Source: Eledone cirrhosa (Eukaryota). From it: a stretch of DNA of 64,000 bases. Position 1 is the stretch's first letter. Each line of letters starts with the position of its first letter. This document shows positions 23,455 through 37,790 of this stretch, piece after piece. The DNA lies in assembly GCA_964016885.1 (NCBI GenBank), contig OZ024742.1, positions 237,212,001 through 237,276,000 on the forward strand, written 5' to 3'. The notes below the pieces were generated by a model. That model saw only the letters and a list, made by a program, of their open reading frames with translations. It searched no databases and was not told where the DNA came from. A program made the translations under genes and the position numbers.

Positions 23455-25810
23455 ATCGTCATCACCACTGCCTAACATCTATTTTCCATGCACGCATGGG
23501 TTAGACTGGTCGTCCACATTATAATACAAGTCTGGCCAGTTGGTATATATCATTAGCAATCTCCCTCTCGATTTCTCCTGTGTATCTTCTACAAGCAAAA
23601 TTCTCCCTTCCTCTCTACTCGTTATCCCACTACATCTTTTGTGTACCCAAAATTTACATTGTGTATATTGTATGGAGTTTATGCCTTCTCCTTTTCTGCA
23701 TATTGAACATGGCCACTTCTCTGAGGGAATCTCTCCTACTCACTAGCACTTTAGTTTTGGCTAAGTTTACATGCAGACCTTTTGATTCCAAATTTAGTTT
23801 CCATAATCAGAATTTATTTTTTGTGGTTTCAGCTATGAGGGCCAAATCCTCTGCATAGAGAAGTTCCCATGGGCAGCCTGTTTTAAACTCCTCTGTTATA
23901 GCCAGAAGAACTATGGTGAATAGCAATGGGCTAAGAACTGAAACTTGATGAACTCCTACCTGTACCTTGCATTCCTTGCTAAACTCATTTCCTACTCTCA
24001 TTTTACTCACAGCTCCTCTGTACATAGCTTGCACTGCTCTCACAAGCCATTCTTCTACACCTAATTTTCTTGAGGACCACCAGATAATAGATCAAAGTAC
24101 TCTGTCAAAAGCCTTCTCTAAATCAACAAAAGTTAAATATAGTGGTTTATTTGGGGCTAGGAACTTTTATTGTAGTTGCTTCACTAAGAAGAGTGCATCT
24201 ATAGTACTTTTCCCAGGCATGAAACCAAACTGCATCTCATCTATTTTGGCTTTTTCCCTAATTAACCACACTAAAACACTTTCTGTCACTTCATAACTTG
24301 GTCCATTAGTTTCATTCCTCTATAGTTGCTCCTTTGTAGAGCATCACCTTTGCACTTGTAGCAATTTATTATTGTACTGCTGCACCAGTCATTGGGTATG
24401 ACTCCGTCATGTTTTACTTGATTTACTATATGGATAACTAGTTTGACCTACCTCTCCCAATGTTTTTAGCAACTATTTCTGATAATCCCACAGCTTTACC
24501 ATTCTTCATCTCCTTGACTGCATCTTTGACCCAAAAACTATCAACTTCAAAAGCTGGTCCTTCCTTTGGGTAAGGTGGGGATAGTTTTACTTCCTCCCAT
24601 TCATTCTCTACAATCATCAATCTCTCCTAGTAACATTTCCAGGCCTCTTTCCTTTGGGTATCAGTGGTGCTAAGTGCACCAGTGTCATTTCTCACACATT
24701 TTTCCCCAACTTCTCAATTCACACTAACACACTGTCTTGCAATACGGAACACTTCACACCTCTGATCCTTACATCTCAAGACATTGGCAAATTTACTTTC
24801 TTCAGCCTCTTTCCAAGCTGTGTATACCTGTCACCTAGCTTCTTTCTTAGCTACTTGTTACCGGTTTCTGCTACCCCTATTTTCCCAGTCTTTCCAGGCA
24901 TGTCTCTTGACTTTAATGGCTGTTCCACCACCAGGTCACCTTTTGTCTGATTAGCGCTTTACTCCAGCTGTAAATCTCGCCAAGTTCGCAAAAGGTTGTC
25001 ACTCTTCATTCTTTGAGCCATAACCATAGCCACCATGAACTCCACTGAATCTGTCTTGGTACTGTCCCACATGTCCATTGAAGTAGCTTGTCAGACTGAT
25101 GAGGTCTCTTTCATCAATACCTGAAGTTGTCTGTAAAAGTTCCTGTCCTTTTGTTCTTTACTCAGTCCTGCCTGCAGAGCATAGGTAGATGTGATTGTCA
25201 CCATTCTATTTCCAACAGTTAATCTAAGCTTGATGATTCTGTTACTTACTCTAACTAACTCTATCATCTTATCTATCTATTTCTCAGCTAGTAAGATGCC
25301 TACACCTCCTACCCCATTGTCATTTCCTACCCAGTAAAGTTTATATCTAAGTTGCTTGCCTATAATTAGTCTTGTTGAGGCACCCCTCCATCTCACTTCT
25401 TGTACACAGCATACATCTACTCAACTTCTCTTTAACAATTCCACCTGATTTGCCTTTCAGGGCACCAACATTGAGGGTGGCAGTTCTGAGATGTGTACCT
25501 TGATAGTTGTTGTTACCTCTTTGTTCATGACGGTTGAGGGATTCTCGCACATGGCTACCTTAGCCACCCCACTACTGTGTGTAGCTCTAACATGACTAGT
25601 GTTAGCAACTAGTGGAAATCATATTGGCCATGCTTTTCATAATTTGGGTTAGATTTTACTGGCTGGATGCCCTTCCTATCACCAACCACTTTACAGCATG
25701 GCCTGGGCACATTGTTTATGCCACCAACACAAGAGAAGTTGTCTTACCAAACTCTCCACCTTGTATCAGTTTTTATTTGGAGTATCTACTCTCCTAGATG
25801 GCTAGCCTTT
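23455..25810 (-). mobile_element. Degraded RTE copy with AP-endonuclease N-terminus, RT and PHD finger
   Basis: LRTATLNVGALKGKSG (25347-25550), GVHQVSVLSP / PWELLYAED (23807-24043), and a WPCSICRK-type PHD at ~23600-23720. Confidence 0.85.
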
Positions 25811-26071
25811 ACTACAGCTTAGAGAGCCCACGTCTGCCCCAGTTCGCAGAGTAACGAATTGAGATTCATGATGAAGGAGAGTATGTATTGGTGTGCGTAA
25901 GTGTGCAAGCAGAAAGGAAAAGAAAAAAGGCAGCAACACAAGGCCATGTCTGCCAGACAGCTAATCGGATGCTGGTGGATAGGCTGTGGGTAAGAGAGAG
26001 CCAGTGTCAGCATTTGAAAGAGTTAGGTAAGTAGCTGAAGGATTACTAATAAATAAACAGTGTTAAAAGTA

Positions 26072-26456
<385 letters not shown>

Positions 26457-27077
26457 TACAATTTTGTTTTAAAAAATATATATATACAAATATATATATA
26501 TACATGCAAAAAACACCCAGCCCACATTGTGAAGTGGTCATGCAGGTGTCACAACAAAAAGCACCCAGCCCACACTGTAAAGCGGTCGTGTAAAAGACAT
26601 GGCACAAAGCACCCAGCACACACTGTAAATATGGTTGGCATTAGGAAGGGCATCCAGCTATAGAAATCTAGCCAGAAACAGTTCTATATGAGCAAGACAC
26701 TGTCACCTGACCAAACTTTCCTCAAATGGAACAATCCATCTAACCCATGCTAGCATGGAAAATGGACATTAAACAAAGCTGATGATGATGATATATATAT
26801 ATGGGTAAGTGTTTTCTACTATCACGTTGGATGTGTTTGTATGTATGCGTAAATAGATAGACAACAGTGGTATGAAACATTTTGCATCTGCACATATATT
26901 GCACACACATGTACACACTGCACATACATGTACACACACATAAACATAAGGACTTACATTTATATCAAAGGTATGTAATATAGGAAGATGAAACTTCTGA
27001 ATAAACCAAATTGTTAGTTTCAAAAAATAAATATATAATTAGACAGCAATTAATGAAGAACTAATAAGCACAAATAC

Positions 27078-27181
27078 CTTTCAATGAGGATTGCAAGAAA
27101 TTCGTTTGTTAGAAGATGATTAAGGGACATCATAAATATTTTGTCAGGTAGAGATAAATATGTTACAAATTCTTGAGGAAC
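27078..27181 (-). CDS. STK36: STK36 homologue exon (VPQEFVTYLSLPDKIFMMSLNHLLTNEFLAILIE)
   Basis: ttcacag acceptor, GTATTT donor; 104 nt, phase 0-2. Confidence 0.85.
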
Positions 27182-27284
27182 CTGTGAAAAAAATATGTTC
27201 AACAAATATAAGTAACAATATACAATTATTTCAATGAAATAGTTGTATATTATTAGTAATTGTATATATCATTACTGTGCAGAG

Positions 27285-27765
27285 CACTAAAAGTTGATGG
27301 AAGCCTTGGAGTGGGGAAACCCAAGAAGACCTGGGATGAGGTGTTAAAAGCTGACCTTGCGCAATTGCACCTCTCAAAGGCGATGACACAGGACTGAGAC
27401 CTCTGGCGTTAGGCAGTAATACAGAAGACCCAACTTCCCATGGATACAAGCCGAAACTGAAGGATATAGACAATATGCCCCCACCGACGCCCACTGCAAA
27501 GTGGTTGTGGAGGTATCATGACAAAAAAGCACCCAGTCCACACTGTAAAGTGGTCGTGTAGGCGCCACGGTAGAAAAGCACCCAGTACTCACTGTAAATG
27601 AGGTTAGTGTTACGAAGGGCATCCAGCTGTAGAAATCAAGCCAAAATCAGTTCCCCTATGAGCAAGACATGGTCACCCGACCTGGCATTGCCCACAACAG
27701 GACAACCCGTCTAACCCATGCTAGCATGGCAAAATGGACGTAAAACAGTGATGATGATGATGATG
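27285..27765 (+). mobile_element. 3' end of a second RTE subfamily; its 3'UTR matches the tail of the 20850 SINE
   Basis: GKPKKTWDEVLKADLAQLHLSKAMTQD followed by gcaaagtggttgtggagg... and a (GAT)n tail. Confidence 0.75.
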
Positions 27766-27842
27766 TGCCTAGGTTGATGAAATAAGAGTTAAATATTTGG
27801 CTCCTTATTTTCTTTCTTTATAATATAAATTTGTTTTTTTAC

Positions 27843-28067
27843 CTTAGTGAAAATATTGACAGCAATTTCTAAAGCTGCAACAAGTCCTTGAGGGGAAACC
27901 AAGGACCAGTCAGGTTTCTTGAATTGGTTACCATCCAAGCTGGTTTGTAGGTCATGGATTGGTTGGTTACTTAGTGGATTGTTCACTTGGAGAGCCTGTG
28001 CTATCCGATGCCATAGAATGTCCCAAACCCCAGTTTCAGTAAAAAGCTGGATCATGGGAATGTCTCC
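27843..28067 (-). CDS. STK36: STK36 homologue exon (GDIPMIQLFTETGVWDILWHRIAQAL...PDWSLVSPQGLVAALEIAVNIFTK)
   Basis: ttttag acceptor, GTAAAA donor; 225 nt, phase 0-0; LWHR and PDWxLxSPQG motifs as in human STK36. Confidence 0.92.
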
Positions 28068-28209
28068 CTAAAAGTAGACAATAAAATAAATCAATGTCAT
28101 CAAACAAAAAAAAAAAAAAAAAAAAACAGAAATAAAAGAAAAACAAGAAAAACATTTAACCTTTTTGATATAAAACTTTGACTTAAAGTATGTTACATAC
28201 ACCAGCTTA

Positions 28210-29120
28210 ATCATCATCATCGTTTAATGTCCATCTTCCACGCTTGCATGGGTTTGGACAGGAATTTTCCCACTTGAGGCAAGGTTGGTTGTCTTACTCG
28301 TATAGGACTGTCTGGCGGGTTTTCTACGGCTGGATGCCCTTCCTAATACCAACCACGTTTACTGTGTGGACTGGGAGGTTTTTACCGTGTTACCTACACG
28401 GCCACATTACAGCGTGGACTGTGTGTTTTTTTGTCGTGACACCTACACGACCTCATTTATTTCGGACTGGATGTTGTGGTACCAACATAACTTTACATTG
28501 AAATGGGTGGTGTGGATGGGGTGGGAGTAGTGGGACGGGGGTGTATTTTTGTTATGAGGTACCTACTGACTGTAGGTTTCGCTTTGTACTTAGGCAAGGC
28601 GGGTCTTCTGTATTACTGTGTAGTGCCAAAGATCTCGGTCCAGTGACATTGTCTTGGAGAGGTGTAAGTGTGTGAGGTCGGAATTTATCAAGTCGTCCCG
28701 GGTTTTTCTGGGTCTGCCTACTCCGTGGTTACCGTCTATTTTTATTGCCCTGCACTTTTTTATACAGCTGTTGTCTTTCATGCGCATCACATGACCATAC
28801 CAACGTAGTCTTCTCTAGAGTAAACAACATCTGATCCCTCTTATTCCTAATTTCTCCCTTAGTTCATTTATGCTTTGCCGTCCACGTATATTACACATCC
28901 AACAGAGCATGCAAGCTTCGTTTCTCTCCAGTCTGCGTATATCCTCTGCACACAATGCCCAAGTCTCACTGCCATGTAACATTGCTGTTCGTATGCAGGC
29001 ATCATACAGCCTGCCTTTCATTTTTAAAGAGAACCCTTGAGCGGCCAATAGTGGTATAAGCTCTCTGAACTTTTTCCATCCCGTTCTGACTCTAACTACT
29101 GTACTTTCAGAGCACCCTCT
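28210..29120 (-). mobile_element. 5'-truncated RTE copy
   Basis: ORFs 28590-28790 and 28815-29270 are near-identical to the RTE C-terminus. Confidence 0.9.
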
Positions 29121-29804
29121 ATAAAAATATTTGATTATTCGTAAATCATAGGTAGTGTCCCTCATTAGAAATATGGTAATGAAAGGGTTAAGGATGTTTT
29201 CTCTGCTAAAGAAGAGTTTAGCCTTGCAAGCCCCATGACTGATATCCCTATTTTGCCCTATACTCTGCATCCTATTTCACATCCCCTGACTTTCATTTCT
29301 TCTTCTATCATCTTTAAACAAGCGTGGAAAAAAGGCCATAAACAATTTTCACCCACTTGGTATTGGTCAACCTGAAACTATAGTTGAAGTTACTTGCCCA
29401 AATGTCACACAGTGAGACTGAACCTGAAACTGTGTGGTTGTGAAGCAAATTCCTTAACCACACAGCCATGCATGCAGCTATGTATTCAGTATATATTATA
29501 TAGTACATTTGTTCACACAATAGTTATATATGAATCTGTTGATAATACAACCCCACATAACTTTCACAGTTTAATTTGTTCACAAGCCAGAAAATGTCCC
29601 TGCTATTGTTACTAGAAACTGGCAGAAGGACAACAGCAATGCAATAAACCTGACAATAACTCAGTAAGTAGAATTAACTATATTGCTTAATAACATGATT
29701 GACTGTCATCTTGGATACAGCAACACAGTTAATCCATCTACTTTATTGTTACAGAATGAAACTAATAAATAAGAACATTTTGGTAGCAATTTCTAAAGGT
29801 GGCT

Positions 29805-29836
<32 letters not shown>

Positions 29837-30439
29837 CATATACACACACATGTATATATAATAAATGGCTGATAAGTTTCAAAATGCCGGTACAATGCAG
29901 TAGAAGTATATAAAAAGCAAAAGATGACAAATAAAACAAAACAAAGTAATGTTTTACCCAGTATATTTCAACATGGTATTTCAGGACTCTTTTAAATTGT
30001 GAAACAGAAACAGTTTAAAACAAAAACAAATGATTGATGTGTTCTGCCTTAACTAGCCTACGTGTCTAAAATACACATGCATGGAGTCATTATAGCAGCC
30101 AATCTGCCAAAGGCAGAGGTTAGCTTTGCTTTTCATCCTTACAGGATCAATAAAATAAAGAACCAGTAATGCACTGGGGTAATTGTTGGCCTTGTACCAA
30201 AAGTAGACACAATTATAGTAGTCAATCTGTTTCGTGCATTTCAAATCTATTATTTAGCTGTGGTTTTTTCTTGTTGATGATAATGACCTCTTTGATTCTT
30301 AAATTACTCACATTGCTTTGTCACCTGTATGGTAAGCTCAATGTCTTGGCTGCAGCATCTGTCAAGATGTTTTTAGACAGAAGCTCTCATCATCATGTGC
30401 TCATCCATATGTAAGATGAGACTACTTTACAGATACTGA

Positions 30440-30600
30440 CCTACATACTTGTGCACACTTCCTAATTGTCACATCAACAATGCAGAAGTGTGCATGAGAG
30501 CATATGTGGTCTACAAGGTTACATGTAAAAAATGTAGCTCTTCGTACATTGGCAGTACTGTACAGATGCTGCACATACAGATCAAGGAGCATAAGAGAGT
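30440..30600 (+). mobile_element. Penelope-like GIY-YIG endonuclease fragment
   Basis: CTLPNC...CMRAYVVYKVTCKKCSSSYIGSTVQMLHIQIKEH contains the VVY..C..C...YIG.T.....EH signature. Confidence 0.75.
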
Positions 30601-32174
30601 AATAGCTCTGAAATATCATGTTGAAATGAACCTAAAGGCACAGGGATGTGAAGCAAACTCCTTAAATATACAGCCATGTCTGCACCTATAAAAGGAATTT
30701 TATTTGGGGGGAGAAAGGGGAGAGGTAATCTTGCCATTTACGCAAATGAAACTAACCATAATGGTGGAATGTAAAAAAAATATAACTTGGCTTTCTTGAA
30801 TTACTGAAATTAATAAGATTTGTTTTAAAGAAATTGTTTTTGCTAACATAAAGCAGAATTTTACAAATATGCTTACACTAATGATATTACAGCTGATGAT
30901 AATGGTGAGGAGAGTGATGATAGTGATAATAATGATGAAGTGGAGAAGGATGGTGATGGAAGATAAGGATGATAGTGAGCAAGATAATAATAACTATTCC
31001 TCATAAATTATACAGTGCAGTAATGAAAGGTTACATTTGTAAACATGAGATTATTTATCTGCTAATTAAATATTTAATTTTGCCTTCACGTAGAAATAAA
31101 AGAAGAAAAAATATAATTAACTGATGAGCCATATGTAATAGATATTTGTAGCTGGTGTCAATATCTTACTGAGACAAATTTTATGTGATTAACCCTTTCA
31201 TTGCCATATTTCTATTGAAAGACACTGCCTTTGGTTTTCAAATAATTTTGAAAATATTCAAGAATTTGAAATGATTTAATAATATAACTAACTTTCTCAT
31301 TATCAATTGGTATTTGGAACATAAAAGTTATTACATAAAATTATAATGGAAGGTTTAAGATGAATATAAAACATTAGCCATTTTATGACCATATTTCTAA
31401 GAAAGACAATGCCCCTAAATTGAAGAATATTTAAGACTAATTATTAAATTGTAAAACCAATCTATAAATGATAATTTATATTATAATAGTTTGTTAAAAT
31501 ACTATATATATCATAAGGTAAATTTTAATTGAAAACAGTTTTTACGCCATATATCATGGTTTTTAAAATAGATATACCATATTCCTGCATCTTGTATGAG
31601 GCAATCAGACCATATAATAAGGAGGAGGAAGCCAATATATCAGGCGGGGGTCCAGAGAACCAACAAAGCAGGGCGCTGTAAATATCTGCGTCCCCCCACT
31701 AAAAAGAAAAAAGAATTCTCAGCCTCCTTGAATTTAGGGAGGAGTTTTCTCTGGAGCTTAAAGTCAGTCATATTCCTCTTTGCAAAATTTCTGTCAGAAG
31801 CCCTGGAGGCAACTAAAAGGGTTAGCACCAGGAAGGATTATAAAGCCCCATCTCAAAAAGAGTCCTGTCCAGTCCTTGCTAACATAGAATCTAATCTAAT
31901 CTGGCCGACTTTACACTCGCAAATAAGAAGAACAAGGGCCACTCCTAGGAACATTGGATTTAGTGTACTTCATATTTGTTTCAGTTGCTGAATACAATCA
32001 GGGGTCGCTGCTTCTCCTGAAGGTTCATAGTTCTCTTCTAACTCGAGCGGGAGCGCCTTTCCATTGTCAATTTGCATTGATCATCTGCAAAGCCGCATTG
32101 TTCTCAGAACCACTACACCAGTCTTTCGATGCGTGTTGCTGGAACTACTGCCACCCATTAATTTGGCAGGATTG

Positions 32175-32322
32175 CAACTCATTTCTACAGCTGAGTAAAC
32201 TGGTGCAACGTGAAATGAAGTGTCTTGCTCAAGGACACAACACATCACCCGGTCCAAGAATCGAACTCACAACCTTTCAATTGCAAGCCCAATGCTCTAA
32301 CCACTAAGCCATGTGCCTTCAC
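32175..32322 (-). mobile_element. tRNA-derived SINE head and central block
   Basis: Reverse complement of 20850-20990. Confidence 0.75.
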
Positions 32323-32537
32323 ACTAACATAGAAGAGTGGATTTAAATATGATGAAGATGATAACTAGGTTTATTCTAGTTTTTGTAATAGGTACACATA
32401 ACCCCTGCATGTACTAAGAGGTCATTAAAAGGGTTTACATCAGAAAGGACATCTGACCATAAAACACAACTGCAATGTTCTATCTAAGTCATGCCAGTAT
32501 GGAAGAGTAAATGTAAATAAATGATGATAATTTTAAC

Positions 32538-32612
32538 CTGAGCTAATACTTCACATAGGAGGAGGAGAACACCATCAAGTACACCATAGTCAAAAGGATA
32601 GCGAACACAAAT
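32538..32612 (-). CDS. STK36: STK36 homologue exon (ICVRYPFDYGVLDGVLLLLCEVLAQ)
   Basis: tttcag acceptor, GT donor; 75 nt, phase 0-0; resembles human GFYDGLLILLLQLLTE. Confidence 0.87.
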
Positions 32613-32630
32613 CTGAAATAATAAAAAAAA

Positions 32631-33655
32631 AATAATAATAATAATGATAATAATAATTTCTTTATTGGCCACTAGGGCCCACATATAGGGGACAATACAA
32701 ACAGAGGGACAGTGGGGGTTTACAATAAAAATACACAATAACAAAAATAATTAACAATGAGCATATATAAAATTATATAAAAATATAACAAAATAAATTT
32801 ACCAATAGTGGGGGGCGCAAACCACTCAGGGGTGACTCAGGTACCACCCAATGCTTTAAGGGCACCCAGGAAGAGCACCCCTCTCCCTCTCAAATTAACC
32901 AGCCTACAGGCCCTTGCACAAGGGCCATTCTCATCACATTCACCCACATCACATAACAAATGTACTGGGAAGCAGCACTTCTCTCTCCACCTTTACCTTC
33001 CTTTCCAAGTGAAACTTGAAAAACTTGATTGACTGAAGCGAAACGTGTCCGTCTACAGTACTTTCAACCTGGTCCACCATACAATCTCTTTCACTACTGC
33101 CACCAGTCAGAAGAAAATTGTCTGCCTTTCCTGGCCAAAATAAGGTGGCAGGGCAATCTTCACTTATGGACTCGGTCGATAGCCGGATCTGTTCTACATG
33201 CAACATAACTCCACAAATCAGTAATGCACAAACACTGGACAAGTGCGCGCAGAACAGTTTTGTTGCTCGGCGTGCATCTCAGGCAGATCTGTCTGACAAC
33301 ACTTCCATGCCGGAGTTTATCTTGAACCAGCACTCCTTGGTAGCACTGCCAAACGAGGGATTTCTGGAAGTTATCTATAGTCCCCAGCTCGAAAGTCCTC
33401 CAGATCAGACTGGTCAGTTTGACTTTGTCGACGCCCAGAACCTCTCTAGGTGCGTCATCCCAATTGCCCATCACTAATCCTCTATAAATTTCAAGAGTGG
33501 ATGTTCCACTAACCGCATTGCCCACCTGGTAGAGAGGAGTGAGTTCCTGGCAACATACCTGATGCCAGGCGCCTAGTCTCGGTCTCTTTTTGATCCAGGA
33601 GTCAAAGAGATGAGCTGCAGAAAGGCCCGTCTGACAAACGGCAACCACACCTGTT
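32631..33655 (-). mobile_element. L1/Tx1-clade LINE 3' remnant
   Basis: ORF 33160-33648 reads SLVWQCYQGVLVQDKLRHGS..CLRC..KTVLRALVQC (zf-RVT-like); (ATT)n tail. Confidence 0.7.
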
Positions 33656-34393
33656 CATCGTTTCGGAAGAATATCTGGAGATACCACAGCCTGTTTGAGT
33701 TCGTTATGTGGATGGTGTCTGCCTTTTCTGTTGTGGGTGTTTTTGTGATGTGTAGAGGTTTTTTCTTATTTTGACTCTACTCCAACTCTCTTTAACCATG
33801 TTTCTTTGAAATTGAATCCAGCATGCTTTGATTTTTCATATTTCAATTTCTTTTGAAAGCCAAGATTTTACTCCAAGATTTTGTAACATATTGTGATTAA
33901 GGAATTATTCAGCAAGTTAGATTTTATCTCTGTTTTCATATTATGAGATTTTTCTTGTAATTATTTAATCAGGCATAAGACAGAGCTCATGACTGTGCAG
34001 GTTGGAGGCAGGATATTATCCTGAAACTAGAAACCTGGTCAGAATGTTTGCAACAGTGTGGTTCCCTCTAAATGTACACAAGGACCAGGAAGATTAAGTC
34101 TGTCACTTAAGTATGCCAAGTGGGATTTGAATTTAGAGGACAAACATCTGGAACAAATACTACAAAGCATTTCATCCATCACTCTAATAATTCCACCAAA
34201 CCACTGCCCTGGGATAGTACTTTATTTCATTGACTCTGAAAAAATGAAAGGCAAAGCTAGCTTTAGAAAGATTTGAACCCAGAATACAGAGAAGCAGAAC
34301 AATTACTACAAACCATTCTCTCTGACATTCTAACAACTCTGCCAATTCATTGTCTAAGCTCTAGTTATACCTACATTAAATTTATCTTTGTTC

Positions 34394-34675
34394 ATCATCA
34401 TCATCATCATTTTACGTCCGCTTTTCCCTGCTTGCAAGGGTGGGACGGGTCTTATTCAGCACAGCATCTCTCCACTTGTCACGGTCCTTCGTCATCTCCA
34501 CTGTGAGCTTCAGCGATCTGAGGTCTGTTCTGACCACCTCCGCCCATGTTTTTTGTGGTCTACTTCTACCGGTATTTCCTGGCACTTCTTCACCCATCAG
34601 TTATCCTCCATGCGCATCACATGTCCATACCACCTCAGTCTCCTCTCTTGCACATTACATTCTATCCCTCTCAGA
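34394..34675 (-). mobile_element. RTE 3' fragment of a short-tailed subfamily (also at 42062-42288 and 43100-43390)
   Basis: RPQKTWAEVVRTDLRSLKLTVEMTKDRDKWRDAV followed by (GAT)n. Confidence 0.8.
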
Positions 34676-35799
34676 CACATTATTGTTATTTATGTTAATA
34701 TATAATTTAAAATTAAAGCAAAGAAATATTGGGGGTGGGGCCGAGGTCAACTTTGCCTTTCATCCTTACGGGGTCGATAAAAAAGTACCAGTAATGTACT
34801 GAGTAATTGCTGGCCTTGTGCCAAAATTAGAAACAATTATTACTAATATTCTTAATACACTGGGTAATTGCTGGCCTTGTGCCAAAAGTAGAAACAATTA
34901 TTGTTATTTATGTTAATATATAATTTAAAATTAAAGCAAAGAAATATTGGGGGTGGGGCAATAATAAATTGCAAATAAAATGATTAAATTAAAAATATAA
35001 CAATAGAAGAAGGAAAATAAAATTCAAAGTCAAAATATTTTTCAAGCATGAAGAAATTCCAGTTATGTCTTAAGTCTTTAGATTAGTTGCTCATAGAGTT
35101 ATTTAATATGCAAGAGTATAAAACCAACAGTTTATATGAAGATTTTTAGCAATAAGTCTACAGGTATGGCTGTGTGGTTAATTAGTTCAAGACATCTCAT
35201 ATAATGCTCTAACAAATTTGCTAATCCACTGACCTGGACTGGTACATCATTTTGTCATCTCTGAAAGGATAAAAGGCAAAGTTGACCTCAGAGAGATTAG
35301 AACTCAGAGTACAAAGAGCTAGACCAAATACTGAAAAGTATTTTGTCCTATGTTCTACTGACTCTACCAATTCACAGGAGAGAAAGGAATTTATATGAAG
35401 TAACCCGAGGCAATAAAACCCCTTAATGAGCTTGTTAAATTGATGGTAATCTGCATAGTATAGGTGATGAGCTGGAACATCTTAATTCCATACAAGCTCC
35501 AGATTTCTAAGAAATAACATGCCAATGCTAATTAATTAGTTAATGTTTGGTATTACATTATCTTTGAAGATTAATTTAGCAGCAATGTTAATTGCTACTA
35601 AAGCAAGTTTGATGTAGTTGAGAAAGGAAATTATTTCAGATTTAATATATAAATGAGTGAGAATATTAAAGACTATCTGATGTACCTGGGTAAACAGATG
35701 ATAAAGAGAAGACAGATAGAAGAGAAAGTGACTTTATTGAATGTTTGTCTGGTTTACAGTATGAGGCGTGACCGTGGTGTGTGCATGTGACAACAAAAA

Positions 35800-36503
35800 A
35801 AAAACAGTAAAAATTATTCCAGGTATTCTTTGTTTTACCATTATGAAGATTTTTAGGTGTTTCCACTCGTGAACAACCTACATATAACTGTCCATGAGTA
35901 AAAACTACAACTTTGTAACTCTGAGCCTAAGTTTTATTTATGGTCATAGCAAAACTGGCTCTAACAGGGAACTGAAGTCTTGAGAATTTGAAAGGCAGCT
36001 CGGTAGAGGAAGGGATAAGGGAAAACTTGAGAATAAATGCACTTTCACCTTGATGATTGCCTCCAAGGATAGTGACCTTTAGGAGGTGGTTCAAACTGTG
36101 CCATTGCATAGAAGTAGCAGGTCAACGTTTCTCAAAAGGATGATGGAAGTTCCAATATTTTATATTATATATATAGAGATAATTGTATATAAATGTGTGT
36201 GTGTGCATGTGTGTGTATGTAAACCAGCATTTGAATCGGAGAGGCTGGCCGCGAAACCCGATCATCAATAACAATGAACGTACAGAGAATCCCTTATGGT
36301 TGATTCCCAGCTTGCTAGAAATAGCAGTCAGATTGGTTAACATACCAGGGATATTTTTCTTCTCCTTTGATGTTATAAAATTAGTATCAATAAACCTCCC
36401 TTATTCCATTGCTGTACTTACTTTTCGATGGTCACTTTTCGTATTTGTGTGATGCGCAAAGGAACCAACCAACAAACATCTCTCTTTTATATTATGAATA
36501 GAT
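35800..36503 (-). mobile_element. Helitron remnant carrying a Pif1-like helicase C-terminal fragment
   Basis: IGTSIILLRNVD..LCNGT, LPFKFSRLQFPVRASFAMTINK and VFTHGQLYVGCSRV motifs; Helitron-like 5' TC end near 36503. Confidence 0.8.
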
Positions 36504-37199
36504 TGTACAAGACAAAGTTTTTCCTCTAAGAAACCTGTTTGTGTTTCACTGGTCTACTGTAACAATACTGCCCTTCATATCAAAATCACAATAATCCATC
36601 TAGGAGCAGCTGATGATGGAAAATCAATGTTATAAGTTTGTTTTGCCTCATTTCTTTGTATATTGTGCTTGTTTGTAATTTTTTTCTAGTTCTCATACAA
36701 CTCTTATCATATGTATGCACACACATAACCTCCTCACACACTCATGACCCCCTCACACACACACAACATCCATGCTAAATGATGATGATGATGATATGAC
36801 AAACTTCTATCTAGCAAATTCTACTCACAAAATATTGATCAATCTAAGGTTGCAGTAGAAGACACTTGCCTAAGGTGCCATATGAAGAACTAAAATAGAA
36901 TCAGTATTAATCGGCGGAAGGAATTTAATTTGATTCTGTTCCCGACAAAAGGTATTACCTTCTGTGTAAAGAATAGATTATGTACTGATCAGGAATATAA
37001 TACTGTTTGACAATAAAACACAGGTCATGGATATAAAAGACTTACAGCACCGGTATTAAATAGGATTTCTTGTCTATGCAATGCAAACATAAAAGACAAT
37101 TTCAATGATAGTGTCTTATGTTTAAAAAGGTAACTGAACATCCAAGGTATTAGCTTGTAACAATATCACATGAATGAAGCTGCAGATGGAGAAGCACTT

Positions 37200-37320
37200 G
37201 ATCATGGTGGTAGTAATGATGATGTTGATGATGGTGATGGTAGTAGTGGTGGTGGTGATGGTAGTAGTGGTGGTGGTGATGTTGGTGATGGTGATGCTTG
37301 TGGTGATGGTGGTGGCAGTA
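37200..37320. repeat. (GGT/GAT)n low-complexity tract
   Basis: Visible directly in the sequence. Confidence 0.85.
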
Positions 37321-37419
37321 TAAAACTTGGAAAGAAGCAGTTAAATTGGATCAGAAGTAAGTCTGTTTAGATTGAATCTTACAATTGAAATCAAGATGCA
37401 TAAAATACAACAGCAAAAT

Positions 37420-37790
37420 AGCAGGAGTTGATGGAGGGCAGCTGCCAACATAAGTGGAAGACAGCTGTTTGAATGGGTGAAAGACTGTTGTAGAAATTCA
37501 TGGAAGACCAAGTACATGCCAGTGAAGGTGGGTGGTCAAAGGTTTTCACATCATTCCCTTGGCAAGACCTATGGAACCATGGGCCTCGTGGGCATGAACA
37601 AAAAAAGAAGCACCAAGAACAATGTGGAAGAAACATGTAGGCAGCTCTGGTTGAAAAGAGGTGACTGGTGGGATCAATAGAAAGCTCCTTGAATGCAGGC
37701 TTGATCAACTTGGCTTGGTCAGCTTGATAAGGATGTATATTTTAAGACCTGAAACACATAGGATACAATATTGATAATGTGCCCAAGTAT
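37420..37790 (+). mobile_element. 3' remnant of a restriction-like-endonuclease non-LTR element (HERO-like)
   Basis: CCRNSWKTKYMPVKVGGQRFSHHSL..YGTMGL.G..KKR...LWLKR resembles the recalled HERO C-terminus GW....PIEVGCRGF...WLWxKR. Confidence 0.6.

Noticed and set aside
31596-31991. 131-aa plus-strand ORF in a GC-richer patch
   Set aside because: No recognisable motifs or splice signals; probably an unclassified repeat.
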